Below, piece after piece: positions 49,501 through 62,452 of a DNA stretch of 64,000 nucleotides. The DNA lies in NCBI GenBank assembly GCA_965235115.1, contig OZ249436.1, forward strand, positions 36,024,001-36,088,000. Reading direction: 5' to 3'. The stretch's first letter is position 1; every line of letters starts with the position of its first letter. The translations under genes were made by a program, and so were the position numbers. Source of the stretch: Laetmonice hystrix. Lineage: Eukaryota. Under the pieces are notes generated by a model. The model ran no database searches. It worked only from the letters and a program-made list of their open reading frames with translations, and was not told where the DNA came from.

Positions 49501-52500
49501 ATTCCACAAAACGGAAAACGTCAAATAAACTTCTCGTCTCTGTCTTCCATTCCAGGATTACTCCGTCATGTGATTAGCGCCAGTCCGCATGAGTTGCCAC
49601 TGCGTACGTGCGATCCGATAATACTGGACAATTCCACTCAAGGGAAATGAATGGTACATTACTTTAACTGACCGATAAATGTCAGAATTCTACAAATTAT
49701 GGACCCGTATAATGTTATTGTGACCTCACATGAATAGTTTAACGCTTGTTATAACCTTGTGTCTCGAATTTCATCACTGATGCTTTGTAGTTTAGTGAAG
49801 GGTGCAATAAAAGGACTGATATGCATATACTCCGAACTACATTGTATTTCGAATGACTAAGATATCATAATACATAATAGCTGGATCACCTAGCCCATAT
49901 ATTGTAAACCGCCCCGGTTATAGCAACTATATACGTACATAACGCCGTCTACAAAATAACACGCAGAACACCGAACATGACGAAATCCCCCCAAAGATAA
50001 CCTTGATCTGACTGCGACACATTATGTCTTGAAGGTCAAATAACCAACTCAACAATACAAACACTTGACCTTCAAACTGACATCACCGAACACAATGAAT
50101 TAAAGATCTCCCAGTCCGGTTGGTCACTTCTCCTAATGGGCGAGCTGAGAGCCTGGCTGGCTGTCCATCCCAAAACTGAAGACGCCCTCAAACAACAATA
50201 CAATTTCCAAGGTCACCCGGTCATCTCTGCGTTACCTGAGGGCTTTCGGTCCCCTTCACTTCCGAGTAGTAGGGCCTTCATCTTCGGGCGGGCGGTCAGC
50301 CCCTCAGGACAAGGCGTCAAAACTTCAATAAGTTCCCTCTCCTAACTACAACACCTTGCCGCTTTGGTCAGTCTTCGTTAATTTTGGCTGGGAGTAATAA
50401 GAGGTCAATAGATGCCCCCAAGGGGTTCTTCACAGTCATAAAGAGTCTGGCTCGATTGAAAGGCTCTATTATCTACATTCTATCAAAGTTAAGTTGAATA
50501 TATTGATGACTGAATTTTGTTTTCATAGGGGCCTGGGGCACGACCTAAAGACTTGTTGTGCCTGGAGTCGATATTTATTCATGAGAGAGCTGGCGGCTAC
50601 AGTTATAGGATGGAAAGTCTCAGTTCTCTGTGCCGATAACGAAAATATATACCAATTACAAATAGAGATATAGCCATTGTATTGTATTTTATGGCACAGG
50701 CGTGGTGCTTAGAAATTTCTTTTCCTAACGATCGATTGGTGAATATGCCTGAATACTTGCAATTTATGACGTGCAGGTCGGAGCCTGACTGTAGAATAGA
50801 ATGTGCCATGCGGGCTCTGCTTCATGCAGTTTACCATCTCACCTGTGCTATTTATCGGCGTTGCATACGATCTATAAACTGTACAAGTACCCGTACTTTG
50901 TTGACAGTGCCATGTCTCCGGTGCCATACCGAACGTCATGACGTACAGGACGTCAGCCGCGTGTCGGCTGTCCGTCCGTCCACTGACGGTAAGCGCCGTT
51001 CGTTTGGCCTGTTGCCAGACGCAGGGCCCTGGGGTATGCCCCGACTGTCACAGTGGAGTGGGCCCAACGGTCACTAACCACGTGACAGACAGCATGGACC
51101 CTAACCATATATCACCGACACTGGGTATGAACTATACGTCTAAATTGGATAGACAAACGGGGCAGTCCGTTCGGAAAATAGATTCTGTTCTCAATTATCA
51201 AAATGCTAAATTATGTAAACGCTTTCTTTCAAAGACATATCTCCAGGAATAAAACCACATTTCAGTTTAACAGGAATATACCCCGCTAACCACATTTCAG
51301 TTAAACATTACTTCTCTTTGAAATTGTTCTTCAAGGTCATCAAGGTTCTTCATTAATGGTCTTTTTTTCTTTTAAATCCTGACAGGAGTTCTCTGTTTAG
51401 TTACGCGTCCCCAGTATCATAAGGCGCTCCCCACATGTAGGCTACTGATTTGACCTTGCATAACCAAAGCAGTTAAACATTGAGTCGACCTTTTAGAGCC
51501 ATCAATGTCCGAAATGCCATACTGTGGTTTGGTGGGAAAATGCAAGTCTTAAGACTGAATGTGTTCTACCCAACGATGCTCAAATAAATCCGATCGGATC
51601 TCATGATTAGGCCAAGTGCTGTACTAAAAACGGTACGGCTCTTTCTAATTCCAAAAGGCGCAGATAAAGCTAAGCATGACAAAGCCCTTGATAATTAGCC
51701 CGTCTGGCGGTAGCGGGGATTCGGTACATACGAGCTATTTAAACCCAGAAATCAGCTGGATGCCATGATTTCACCCTCCTGCTATGGAAACTAGCTTGAT
51801 TAACAAATGCGTCACCCCAGTTACTCTAGTTGATTGTGTTTGGAGAAAGGAATTTCCATGATAGGTGGGATCACATAAACGTCAACAAAATTAAAAATAA
51901 AAAAATTGAAATTTTTTTCACGAATAGCACCTTTAAGCGAAAGCTCAATGTTACCGTACCCTGCGGATAAAAATGTCCATATATGCTACGCATACGGGTT
52001 GGGGGAGTACTATAGGACTTGGAATGTTTAGAAACACATCACTTACAGTAGGTCACATTTTATAATTTGTACCATGGAAAGAAAGCCACTTGGCCGACTT
52101 CCACCCAAAGTTGTCGTCTAGATACTACCGGTAGATAGGAATGACTTCTAATTTCTACTCTCTGACCATCCAGAAAACTCACTTGGCACTTTGGTGACCT
52201 CGAAGAGCAGCGGTTATACTTAACTCACAGACATGTTTATGTTATTTGGTTTCTGCTTACATTCTACTGCCAGGTGGCAATTCTCCAAAGCGTTTTTCTT
52301 TGCTCGGCACAATTCTCTACTCCAGTTCAAGCTTTAAAAATAAAACTGGTTTATACATCAGGTCCAAAAGCTGACATATTTAAGCTATACAGGGCAGACG
52401 TATTAGTAAACAGTTCCTTATGATCATGCATTCCTTCAGTGCAACCACTGGAAAAGGACATATGGTCTGATGCTACGGGTATTGAAGCAAGTGTCAATCA

Positions 52501-55500
52501 CAAACTAGCATCTGCCGAGGACGTCTTAAGTTACACTGTAATTTCACTCGGGAATTATTCTTTGGATACCGCCCCATCAGGTGCAGAAAGTAACAGCTTT
52601 GGTGAGATTGTCTAGGGAATGCTAGGGGTACAGTTTCATGACATTTACCGGTACTGCAATTGAAATCATACACTCGTTCAGTGTAGTGGCCTACGGGCTA
52701 TATACAGTGGGTTTGAACATTAGCCTCAGTATATTCACATATTCTTTTCTGCGTTGTTCTTCAAATACACCTTGTTACCTTTGCGGGACCGACATGACCA
52801 CAGGAATGTTGTTCACGGGGATGGTCCCTGTAGGTTGCTGTAGAAAGGTGCCACAACCCCCCCCCCCCCCCCACCCCCACCAGAGGCCATCAAGTAATCC
52901 TTTCACTTACTCCCAAACGACCACCCTCACCGTCATTTTTTGGGAGGTCAACCCAAGTGTAAACGAACGCCAACCGCAGATAACTTCCGTACCTACGGCT
53001 CGAGGTTTTAACATGTTTTATAAACCTCAGCCTCCTGTCAAACTGCCTTCAAGATAACCTACCCTGCACCTATAATACATGTACACAAGGCAGAGGTCTT
53101 CCTAAACAATTTACATAGAATAAAAAGACGTGGAGAGAAAGTTGTTATCGTCATTTACTGGTAGCACAACCTTTGACGCGGTTAGTGACAGGAATAATGC
53201 CAGGAATAAGATCATCATACCACTAGTGCACAAGTCGACTCCTTGAATACATTACCAGACCAGTATTGGTACGATGGAGATACATGTAGTGGTACTACCC
53301 TGTAGCTCCAAAGATTTCCATTGGGTAGTTAAAATAAAACTGTGGACGGAGCGGAATAATTTACAGACCTGTTGCCCTTCGACAAGGTCAAACGTCGACT
53401 TCATTCCCTGAGGCCATTGTATAATACAGCTGAGGAAATACATTTAAATAATGGTTGTTTGCTTGCATAAAAGCGTGAATGTTCATGTCCAAATTTGAGG
53501 AAACTATCACCTAAACATTCAGATGCATGACAATGAAAGCAATTCTAGCACCTGTGACAATTTGTAGAACGGAGCCTTGCTGACGCCACACCAAGTTCGG
53601 AAAGCGGGAAGCAAACTTTATTGCTATACCGCCTTTCACACACAAACACTGCACGCCCTACGCTTTATACTGTGGATAAAAGTTTATTATCATCAATGGA
53701 CGAAGATCGATAGCCTTTAGCAGAATAAGAATGGCATCTAAATGTGTCTTAATTGTGTGTCTATGAGTATGAGTGAAATCCTAAACGGTTTCCTTTCAAA
53801 CTGAAGGCCGACAAGCAACCAATTAACGGAGTCATTCGGTTTTCGGTGTGTATAAAAGGGGTACAGGGGTTCATATCAAGTCGAGATCGATTGTTTAATT
53901 CTCTTCAATGAGTCACTTCAATGATGCCGACCCTATTCGTCATCATGATCTTATCAATTCTTTTCTCCAAGATAAAATTGCCAGGATACCTTCTTCCAAA
54001 ACTAGGAGTAAGAAATGTCCAAGGACACATTTACCATAATCAGTTCTTTACTTTCCTGAATTGCTATCCCCGTCCTGGACAGACAAATATAATACTGCCC
54101 CGTTCTGCCCATTCACACTTCACACTACGTAACTACATGTTGATAATTTGTACACTAGACCTGCCAGTATGTAATAGACTTGATATGTCGGTCTATAGCC
54201 CAGTCATATAACCGTTCTGGCCAGGCAGACCTGTACATCTATAATGCTTGCCCGTATTGCCAATTTATTTCACTCAGCTGCGCAGATAAGTATAATATAA
54301 CTTGTATGGGCCATTTAAAGACATCAACAATATATTTGATAACGCTGAAAGCCTCAAAACGCCCACGAACTCCCAAAGACCATGGGGAGGAAAGTGTTAG
54401 GTCAACATACAAACACAGCCCCATGATTGTGGCCTGTTTACAGGCTGAAGCCCCAAGCCTGCTGATGCCACATTTACCCACATGTATACACATACCGCCC
54501 TATACGTCATGCTCTTCCACTCTGCCAGCTTAGCGCTGTCACATGGCTGTCTATGGGTCACATGCCCGTCAGACGACGACAACTATACATAACGTTAAAG
54601 TTAGTACATGTCACAATCTAAGAGCCCACCTTTGAGTCAATATTTCCCCATGGGTCTGAAGTGCCTTCCTGTCACCTTTGAGTACGGCCTGTCATGCCTA
54701 CTCCAGGAGAAGGTCTTTGGATGGTTGGGGGCGGGAGAGATTTCATTGATGGCTGATTACAGTATTACTTTGTACGTTCAGAGTTCCGACCACGTCTTAC
54801 TTGTCTACAGCAATGACATGTGCTGATAGACAATACACAACGTTTGGCACTGTAAACCAATGACAAGTGTGCAGTGCCGACACTCCGAGGTGCGTTTCTC
54901 ACCCATCGTTACCCTGCCGTGCGTTAAAATTTACATTGAAAATACATTGGTGTTAACGATACGACAAGCTAACGACATGATGAGTAACGCACCCCTGGAG
55001 AACTATCAGCCCGCGCATTATGCTACCCTGCTTTCCTGGGCCATATATGGATAGGTATCTTTTGATGCAATCATTTTTGAAGTCCCCATTTCCATGAAGA
55101 GTAATTACCACCAGTGACCCTCACCGAATACTGCCTTAAAAATTACGTCACGATGTGACATATACTGGTGGTTCATTTTGAAAAACGAATGCTGCACGTC
55201 AATCAAATACAAATGTAGTTCTATCCGGACTATTACGGGAGCAGCTCCATTCAACTTGATTAAAAACTAAGAAGATATTTGCAGGGGTACTTCTTGAATT
55301 GACACTATTCCAAAACAGACCACAGACAGACAATGACCGAGCAGGCGACGGTACATTATTATTCTCCCTCGCCACAATGACCTGGCCAAGGCAATACCAG
55401 CTGACCGACAACCTCTCCGGTCCACAGCCAAGCGTCCACAGACTGGCTACCAACCAAACCAGACCCACTTATAGACGTCCCGTGTGCATCCCTGTCCTAA

Positions 55501-56675
55501 TATCTCAGCAGTGGTATGCCTCAGGTAAAATAACCACATGCCTCCAGAATAATGCCAATAAAATCTCTGTCCCACTGACCCGCTACGTCTCAGGCTATAT
55601 AAGAAGGCGTAACTATGACAGGATTTCATGACTGCATGTCAGAAAATTATCAGGAACTTCCCACCTCCATGCTGTATGCATGTTTTCATAAATGGACCAA
55701 TGCCTCAACGGGAACTGTTTTAAAAGCATTCTTTACATACCTGTATACAAAGGGTAGTGTACAGGTATTAGTTTCATGTTGCCGGATTTAATTTATTTAT
55801 CAGCTTTCACTAGGATTTCGCAGCGATGCATTTGTCTTTTCCACAAAGGACATCAATGGGTGTCTTGATGCAGCGCTTCCCTTTGAACGTATTATAATAG
55901 AACTTTATTCGAAGGGTAACGGGTTATATTGTGCAAACTCTGTATACTCTACAGGTTAAAAAGTGCTGAAAGTCCTGACAATATTAACCATCATTAGCAT
56001 ACGTTTGAAATTCTGAGAACGACCCACTGCACATCTCTTGGAGTCGTTTAGATCCAGGTTTTACCGAGTTCATGAATAGTATACAGATACCGGCACCCGA
56101 TACTAGAACTCTATCCCATTCCTATCCACGTAGTATCCAGTCTATAGCCAGGATACCGGCAGTAATTGTTCGTCATCCACAGTATACTGAACCCATGCAC
56201 AGTATCCAGTCTATAGCCAGGATACCGGCAGTAATTGTTCGTCATCCACAGTATACTGGACCCATGCATAGTATCCAGTCTATAGCCAGGATACCGGCGG
56301 TAATTGTTAGCCATCCACAGTATACTGAACCCATGCATAGTATCCAGTCTATAGCCAGGATACCGGCAGTAATTGTTAGCCATCCACAGTATACTGAACC
56401 CATGCATAGTATCCAGTCTATAGCCAGGATACCGGCAGTAATTGTTCGTCATCCACAGTATACTGGACCCATGCACAGTATCCAGTCTATAGCCAGGATA
56501 CCGGCAGTAATTGTTCGTCATCCACAGTATACTGGACCCATGCATAGTATCCAGTCTATAGTCAGGATACCGGCAGTAATTGTTAGCCATCCACAGTATA
56601 CTGGACCCATGCATAGTATCCAGTCTATAGCCAGGATACCGGCAGTAATTGTTCGTCATCAACAGTATACTGGAC

Positions 56676-57804
56676 CAGGGTTGGCAAAAACCCGGGTTTT
56701 AAGCTTATTGCCCAGCCCAGTGGGTTTTACCGGGTTTACCCGGGTTTTACGGGTTTTATGGGTAATACTGGGTTTTATGACAACACGCTTCCCCAGGTCC
56801 AACTGAAGTGGTAAACATTTAAAATATTCATAATATTTTTCATTCAAAAAATACTCATGAGAATGTACTAAATTGATACACACTGGAACCCGTGAGTCTG
56901 GTGTGATTGTATCATTGTAAAGAGTAGATAATCCCAGTCCTATACTCCAGACCGTCTGGCAACTCATGACTACACTGAATCAACACACTGGAATCAGTTA
57001 ACCGGTAAAGAGAGGGGTGCACCTGTGCCTTCTAGCTCCTCTGTGTATACTGACTGCCTTGTCTAAACTCTACATGGTAGTCAGATTCTATACTGACTAT
57101 AGGTAGGCCTCTAAATATAATGTCCTGCAACTGAGAAATTTTCAGTCAGTGTGTATCAGTACTTGACTGTATAGCTATTCAGGTACTGACCTACCAGTAT
57201 GAAGCATAGAGACCCTGTTTCAGGGTGCGCAGCAAATTTTACCAAAAAATTCAAGCTCTTTTCAAGGACTTTTCAAGGCCATTTTCTCTAATTTCAAGGA
57301 CATGCACGTGGCAAAATCTGAGCTTGTATGGTCAATTAATAGGATTGTATTTGACTTTATCACTGCAGATATGTTTCTTGTTCATGCAATACTTTTTGTG
57401 CAAAAATAAAATGACGGAGAATAGCCGACGGCAGTTGTGAGCAGTCAAATTCCCTAAGAATTTAAGACTATATCATGCCCCGATTTCGTTACTACCTCCC
57501 CCCCACCAAATTCAAGGATAAAATACAGGAATTCAAGCACTTTTCAAGGTTTTTATTCAGTTTTCAAGACCCTGTCAAAATTCAAGTACTTTTCAAGCCA
57601 GGCCCGAAAATTCAAGCACTTTTCAAGTCGCTGCGCACCCTGTGTTTGGCAATTTTTTCCCCCATTTTTTGAGAATTGTATATGATTTTGTTCTTATTGC
57701 CCAGTATTGCCCACTTAGCTGATTTTAGGGATATTGCCCAGCCCGGGTTTTCCCGGGTTTTCCCGGACATTATTACCCGCCCGGGTATTGCCCGGCCAAC
57801 CCTG
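56676..57804. mobile_element. hAT MITE with perfect 8-bp TSD
   Basis: TIR CAGGGTTGGC / GCCAACCCTG. TACTGGAC at 56668-56675 and 57805-57812. Subterminal CCGGGT/TTGCCC repeats. Confidence 0.92.
57221..57642. mobile_element. hAT-like MITE with 5-bp TSD (hAT5-type)
   Basis: TIR CAGGGTGCGCAGC / GCTGCGCACCCTG. TGTTT at 57216-57220 and 57643-57647. Many subterminal TTCAAG repeats. Confidence 0.88.
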
Positions 57805-60800
57805 TACTGGACCCATGCATAGTATCCAGTCTATAGCCAGGATACCGGCAGTAATTGTTAGTCATCCACAGTATACTGGACCCATGCATAGTATCCAGTC
57901 TATAGCCAGGATACCGGCAGTAATTGTTAGCCATCCACAGTATACTGGACCCATGCACAGTATCCAGTCTATAGCCAGGATACTGGCAGTAATTGTTCGT
58001 CATCCACAGTATACTGGACCCATGCATAGTATCCAGTCTATAGCCAGGATACCGGCAGTAATTGTTAGTCATCCACAGTATACTGAACCCATGCACAGTA
58101 TCCAGTCTATAGCCAGGATACTGGCAGTAATTGTTAGTCATCCACAGTATACTGGACCCATGCATAGTATCCAGTCTATAGCCAGGATACTGGCAGTAAT
58201 TGTTAGTCATCCACAGTATACTGGACCCATGCACAGTATCCAGTCTATAGCCAGGATACCGGCAGTAATTGTTAGTCATCCACAGTATACTGGACCCATG
58301 CATAATGACTTGTGTGACCCAGTATTGTGATCATTATGCCATATATTGCGGTCTTTATTATGTGGATAAATACGCTGCTGGTATCTTTTGCCGTTTGCAT
58401 GTAACCAACGTCAGCTGATCCAACACTCTGCTGTTTATTTTGTAGCAATGTACATAGCATGGAATGTGAAGCCGAACAGATCTTGTTATATAGCGCCCTC
58501 ATCTAGAAATAATTTCTCTTTTGATCTTGTCAAAATGAAGCCATACAGACACAAATTAATAACAGAATACTTGGCTCATTGCATAACAGAGGCCGCCACA
58601 CACAACGAGACGGTACATATTACTGGTAGGCCTATACATATTAGCCACAGAACAGCAAACAAGTCTTTTAAATTAAATTGGAGGTTGGTGCAGGAAGTTT
58701 TGACGTTTAACGTTATGGAGCAGGGATCCTTAATTATTTTGAGCCAAATGTGACGAACATGCGACCCTGAATGTGGACATACATATATCGGTTTGGGTCT
58801 CTGGGCCAGCAGGTTCCACTGAGAGCAGCCACCCTGGCAACAAGTCCGGTTTATTGTTTACTGGGCCAAACCATTCTGTCAAAATTACCTCAGAGACAGT
58901 GACAGGTCCATAGCTCATTGCCATGCACAATACAAATGTATGCGACACGGTCCCATCTGGATAGTGGAAACACTAGTCAGTCACTACAGGCATATTTATC
59001 AACATAAATTTTAGTTGCCCCCCCCCCTCCCCCTCTCGTTCTATAGTTCTTACCTGGTAGTTCTTTGGATGGCAACCAAACTTTTCCTCACCACTGCTGT
59101 CTACTAGTGTGAAATTCCGAGCAGAAAACAGAACGGTTTATTTGGGGAACGAATCCAAATGTTTATCCAACTCCACTGCCAACTAAAGTGCTGGGATATT
59201 TAATAGGACTAGGACTGGTGGAGATGGGAGCTTCACTTTTGTGAACAAATCCCGACGTTCACATCTCTGAAGTAACTGATATACACTTGTGTCCCGGGAA
59301 AATTATTTTAAGATTATATGATAACTAGTTGAAGTATATATGGTAGATTGGATAATCTAGCCGACATATTCCTACAATAAGATAATATAAAAAGAACATA
59401 TAAATCGCACTGGGAATCAGCTCTCTCGACAGCTGTCCCACTGTGCAATGAAAATGGAAGGTTGTTTTTTCTGGATTCTACATCCACACTGTTCTTTATC
59501 CAACACGCCACTCTGGCACCAGCACCTGAGTTTACCCATTAAGTGAGACACTTGATTCACGATGCGGCATCTGCAAATGAAGTTTATTGTACAGCTAGTG
59601 CAGGCTCCTGGGAACGAAGCTGTGTCCCGGCGGCACTGGGTAGTGGTGGTGGGCGGGGGAGGGAGAGCCACAGTTGTGTAAGGTGCCCGTCATGAGGATG
59701 GGCAGAAATCCTCCTATGGTTACCGAACATGCCTGCCCGTTCTCTGAAGGACATCAATGTCAATATGAGCCCTCACCAGGGACGTGCCTGCTCATGCCTG
59801 CTGCATATAGCCATGGCAGCGACAGACATTAAAACACTGCCTAGCGTCGAGCGGTAGCCGTAACCGACCATAGTCATGTAATCAGCCTGCAATGGCTATG
59901 TCCTTTTCCGACGTAGATCTGACGTTATTCCTAATGACAGCCCTGGATCATTTTTCTTTTAGAGATAATGAGAATCTCAACACTCCCAGCCAGATGTTGT
60001 CATGACTACACACAACAACAACTGGGAAAGTGTCAGCTGTACGAAGGATAGTTTATCAGGAGGAAAAAAATCTATGGCGAAGTCTTCCTTTTGTGGCTTG
60101 AGAAAAGGGTCCGTCTAACAAGTCTCCACTGAGGCAGCAATAACCGGTACCATTTCACACTAGGCTGCATACGGCTTTTATACCTAGGGCCACAGCATCC
60201 AAAACCTTAGTTTGCTTCTGAAAGGGGCCACTGGGACTTCAGTCTGATGACCTCTTGCACCAAGACGCGCAAATGTGAAGTGTAGTTGCCTAAGAAATAC
60301 GGTACATTATCACTAAATACAACTTATTCAAATAGAAAAAGAAAGGAATTTAATAAGGAATCACCAGAGCACGACATAGCACAGTTAAAACGTTCAGCTG
60401 TAAACATGATGTATAGCCAGGCCACAGAACTGTTCCTGATTATGGTGGTCCCCAATACACCTTGCTAAGTGGCTCCAATTATTGTGGGTCTGAACTAAAC
60501 TTTGTAACATACTTATAACAGAGTTAGGTCAAGTCTATCGCCACTCAGTGTGCTCCATGGACTCGGGGGAACCCTACACTATTGATTCAAAGAACTTAGA
60601 TTTTATCATAATTGACTCACCAGACTCTGAAACGTTTCCGTGATCATTTAGTGAATTATTAAACGATGGATCAATGTTGCTATCCGAGTTTCCTCATAAT
60701 AACATCAATGCACCAATGCAGGAGGACGGCAGTGACGAGTCACTTCATGTATTATACAAGACACCGGTAATTCCGTCTGGGAGGTGCCTTATGCCATCAA

Positions 60801-61117
60801 CTACCCTGCACTTAAACCGTCACCCTGAAGGATCCTCCGTACCGCATTATAAAACGGTCCAGCTCAATATCTCTATGGGTGGCGTGTAAGGCTCGACATA
60901 TAATAGGATCACCATAAAGGAGGATCAAGAAATATCTGATCCGATCCTTTAAAGATCCTTGTAGGTGAACATCCGAATACGATCCCAGGCAAGATCAACT
61001 ACCAACGCCTGCTCAGGTAGACCAATTACTGTCAGGGTTGATCCGGGGTGATTTCTTTTTTAAACGTATCCAGGTGTTAACTTTATCACCGTGGTCTTAC
61101 GATGTGGGACTTTTATT

Positions 61118-62452
61118 ACCACAGACCTGTACTACCTGATGTGTGGCTTGGAATGGGACATCCACCATAGACCTGTACTACCTGATGTGTGGCTTGGGAT
61201 GGGACATCCACCACAAACCTGCACTACCTGATGTGTGGCTTGGGATGGGACATCCACCACAAACCTGTACTACCTGATGTGTGGCTTGGGACGGGACATC
61301 CACCACAAACCTGTACTACCTGATGTGTGGCTTGGGACGGGACATCCACCACAAACCTGTACTACCTGATGTGTGGCTTGGGACGGGACATCCACCACAA
61401 ACCTGTACTACCTGATGTGTGGGATGGGACATCCACCACAAACCTGTACTACCTGATGTGTGGCTTGGGATGGGACATCCACCACAAACCTGTACTACCT
61501 GATGTGTGGCATGGGACATCCACCACAAACCTGTACTACCTGATGTGTGGGATGGGATGGGACATCCACCACAAACCTGTACTACCTGATGTGTGGCTTG
61601 GGATGGGACATCCACCACAGACCTGTACTACCTGATGTGTGGGATGGGACATCCACCACAAACCTGTACTACCTGAAGTGTGGCTTGGGATGGGACATCC
61701 ACCACAAACTAGCTGTACTACCATGATGTGTGGGATGGGACATCCACCACAGACCTGTACTACCTGATGTGTGGGATGGGACATCCACCACTAACCTGTA
61801 CTACCTGATGTGTGGCTTGGGATGGGACATCCACCACAGACCTGTACTACCTGATGTGTGGGATGGGATGGGACATCCACCACAGACCTGTACTACCTGA
61901 TGTGTGGCTTGGGATAGGACATCCACCACAAACCTGTACTACCTGATGTGTGGGATGGGATGGGACATCCACCACAAACCTGTACTACCTGATGTGTGGC
62001 ATGGGATGGGACATCCACCACAAACTAGCTGTACTACCATGATGTGTGGGATGGGACATCCACCACAAACCTGTACTATCTGATGTGTGGCTTGGGATGG
62101 GACATCCACCACAAACCTGTACTACCTGATGTGTGGCTTGGGATGGGACATCCACCACAAACTAGCTATACTACCATGATGTGTGGGATGGGACATCCAC
62201 CACAAACCTGTACTACCTGATGTGTGGGACATCCACCACAAACTAGCTGTACTACCTGATGTGTGGCTTGGGATGGGACATCCACCACAAACCTGTACTA
62301 CCTGATGTGTGGGATGGGACATCCACCACAAACCTGTACTACCTGATGTGTGGGATGGGACATCCACCACAAACCTGTACTACCTGATGTGTGGGATGGG
62401 ATGGGACATCCACCACAAACCCGTACTTCCTTGTACACGGCTTGGGATGGGA
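61118..62452. repeat. 46/41-bp minisatellite, about 30 copies
   Basis: Unit CCACCACAAACCTGTACTACCTGATGTGTG(GCTTG)GGATGGGACAT with 5-bp indel variants. Confidence 0.97.

Larger units (their letters stand above)
56131..58303. repeat. 69-bp minisatellite (~8 + ~7 copies) interrupted by nested transposons
   Basis: Unit AGTATCCAGTCTATAGCCAGGATACCGGCAGTAATTGTTCGTCATCCACAGTATACTGGACCCATGCAT; arrays at 56131-56675 and 57805-58303. Confidence 0.97.

Noticed and set aside
50235..50295. Hammerhead-ribozyme-like pattern on the minus strand (GATGAA..stem..GAAA)
   Set aside because: The core reads AAGAUGA rather than CUGANGA, and stems I and III are not evident.
56072..58330. Long ORFs of 176-244 aa
   Set aside because: They arise from a 69-bp (3n) repeat open on both strands and are interrupted by MITEs; no coding evidence.
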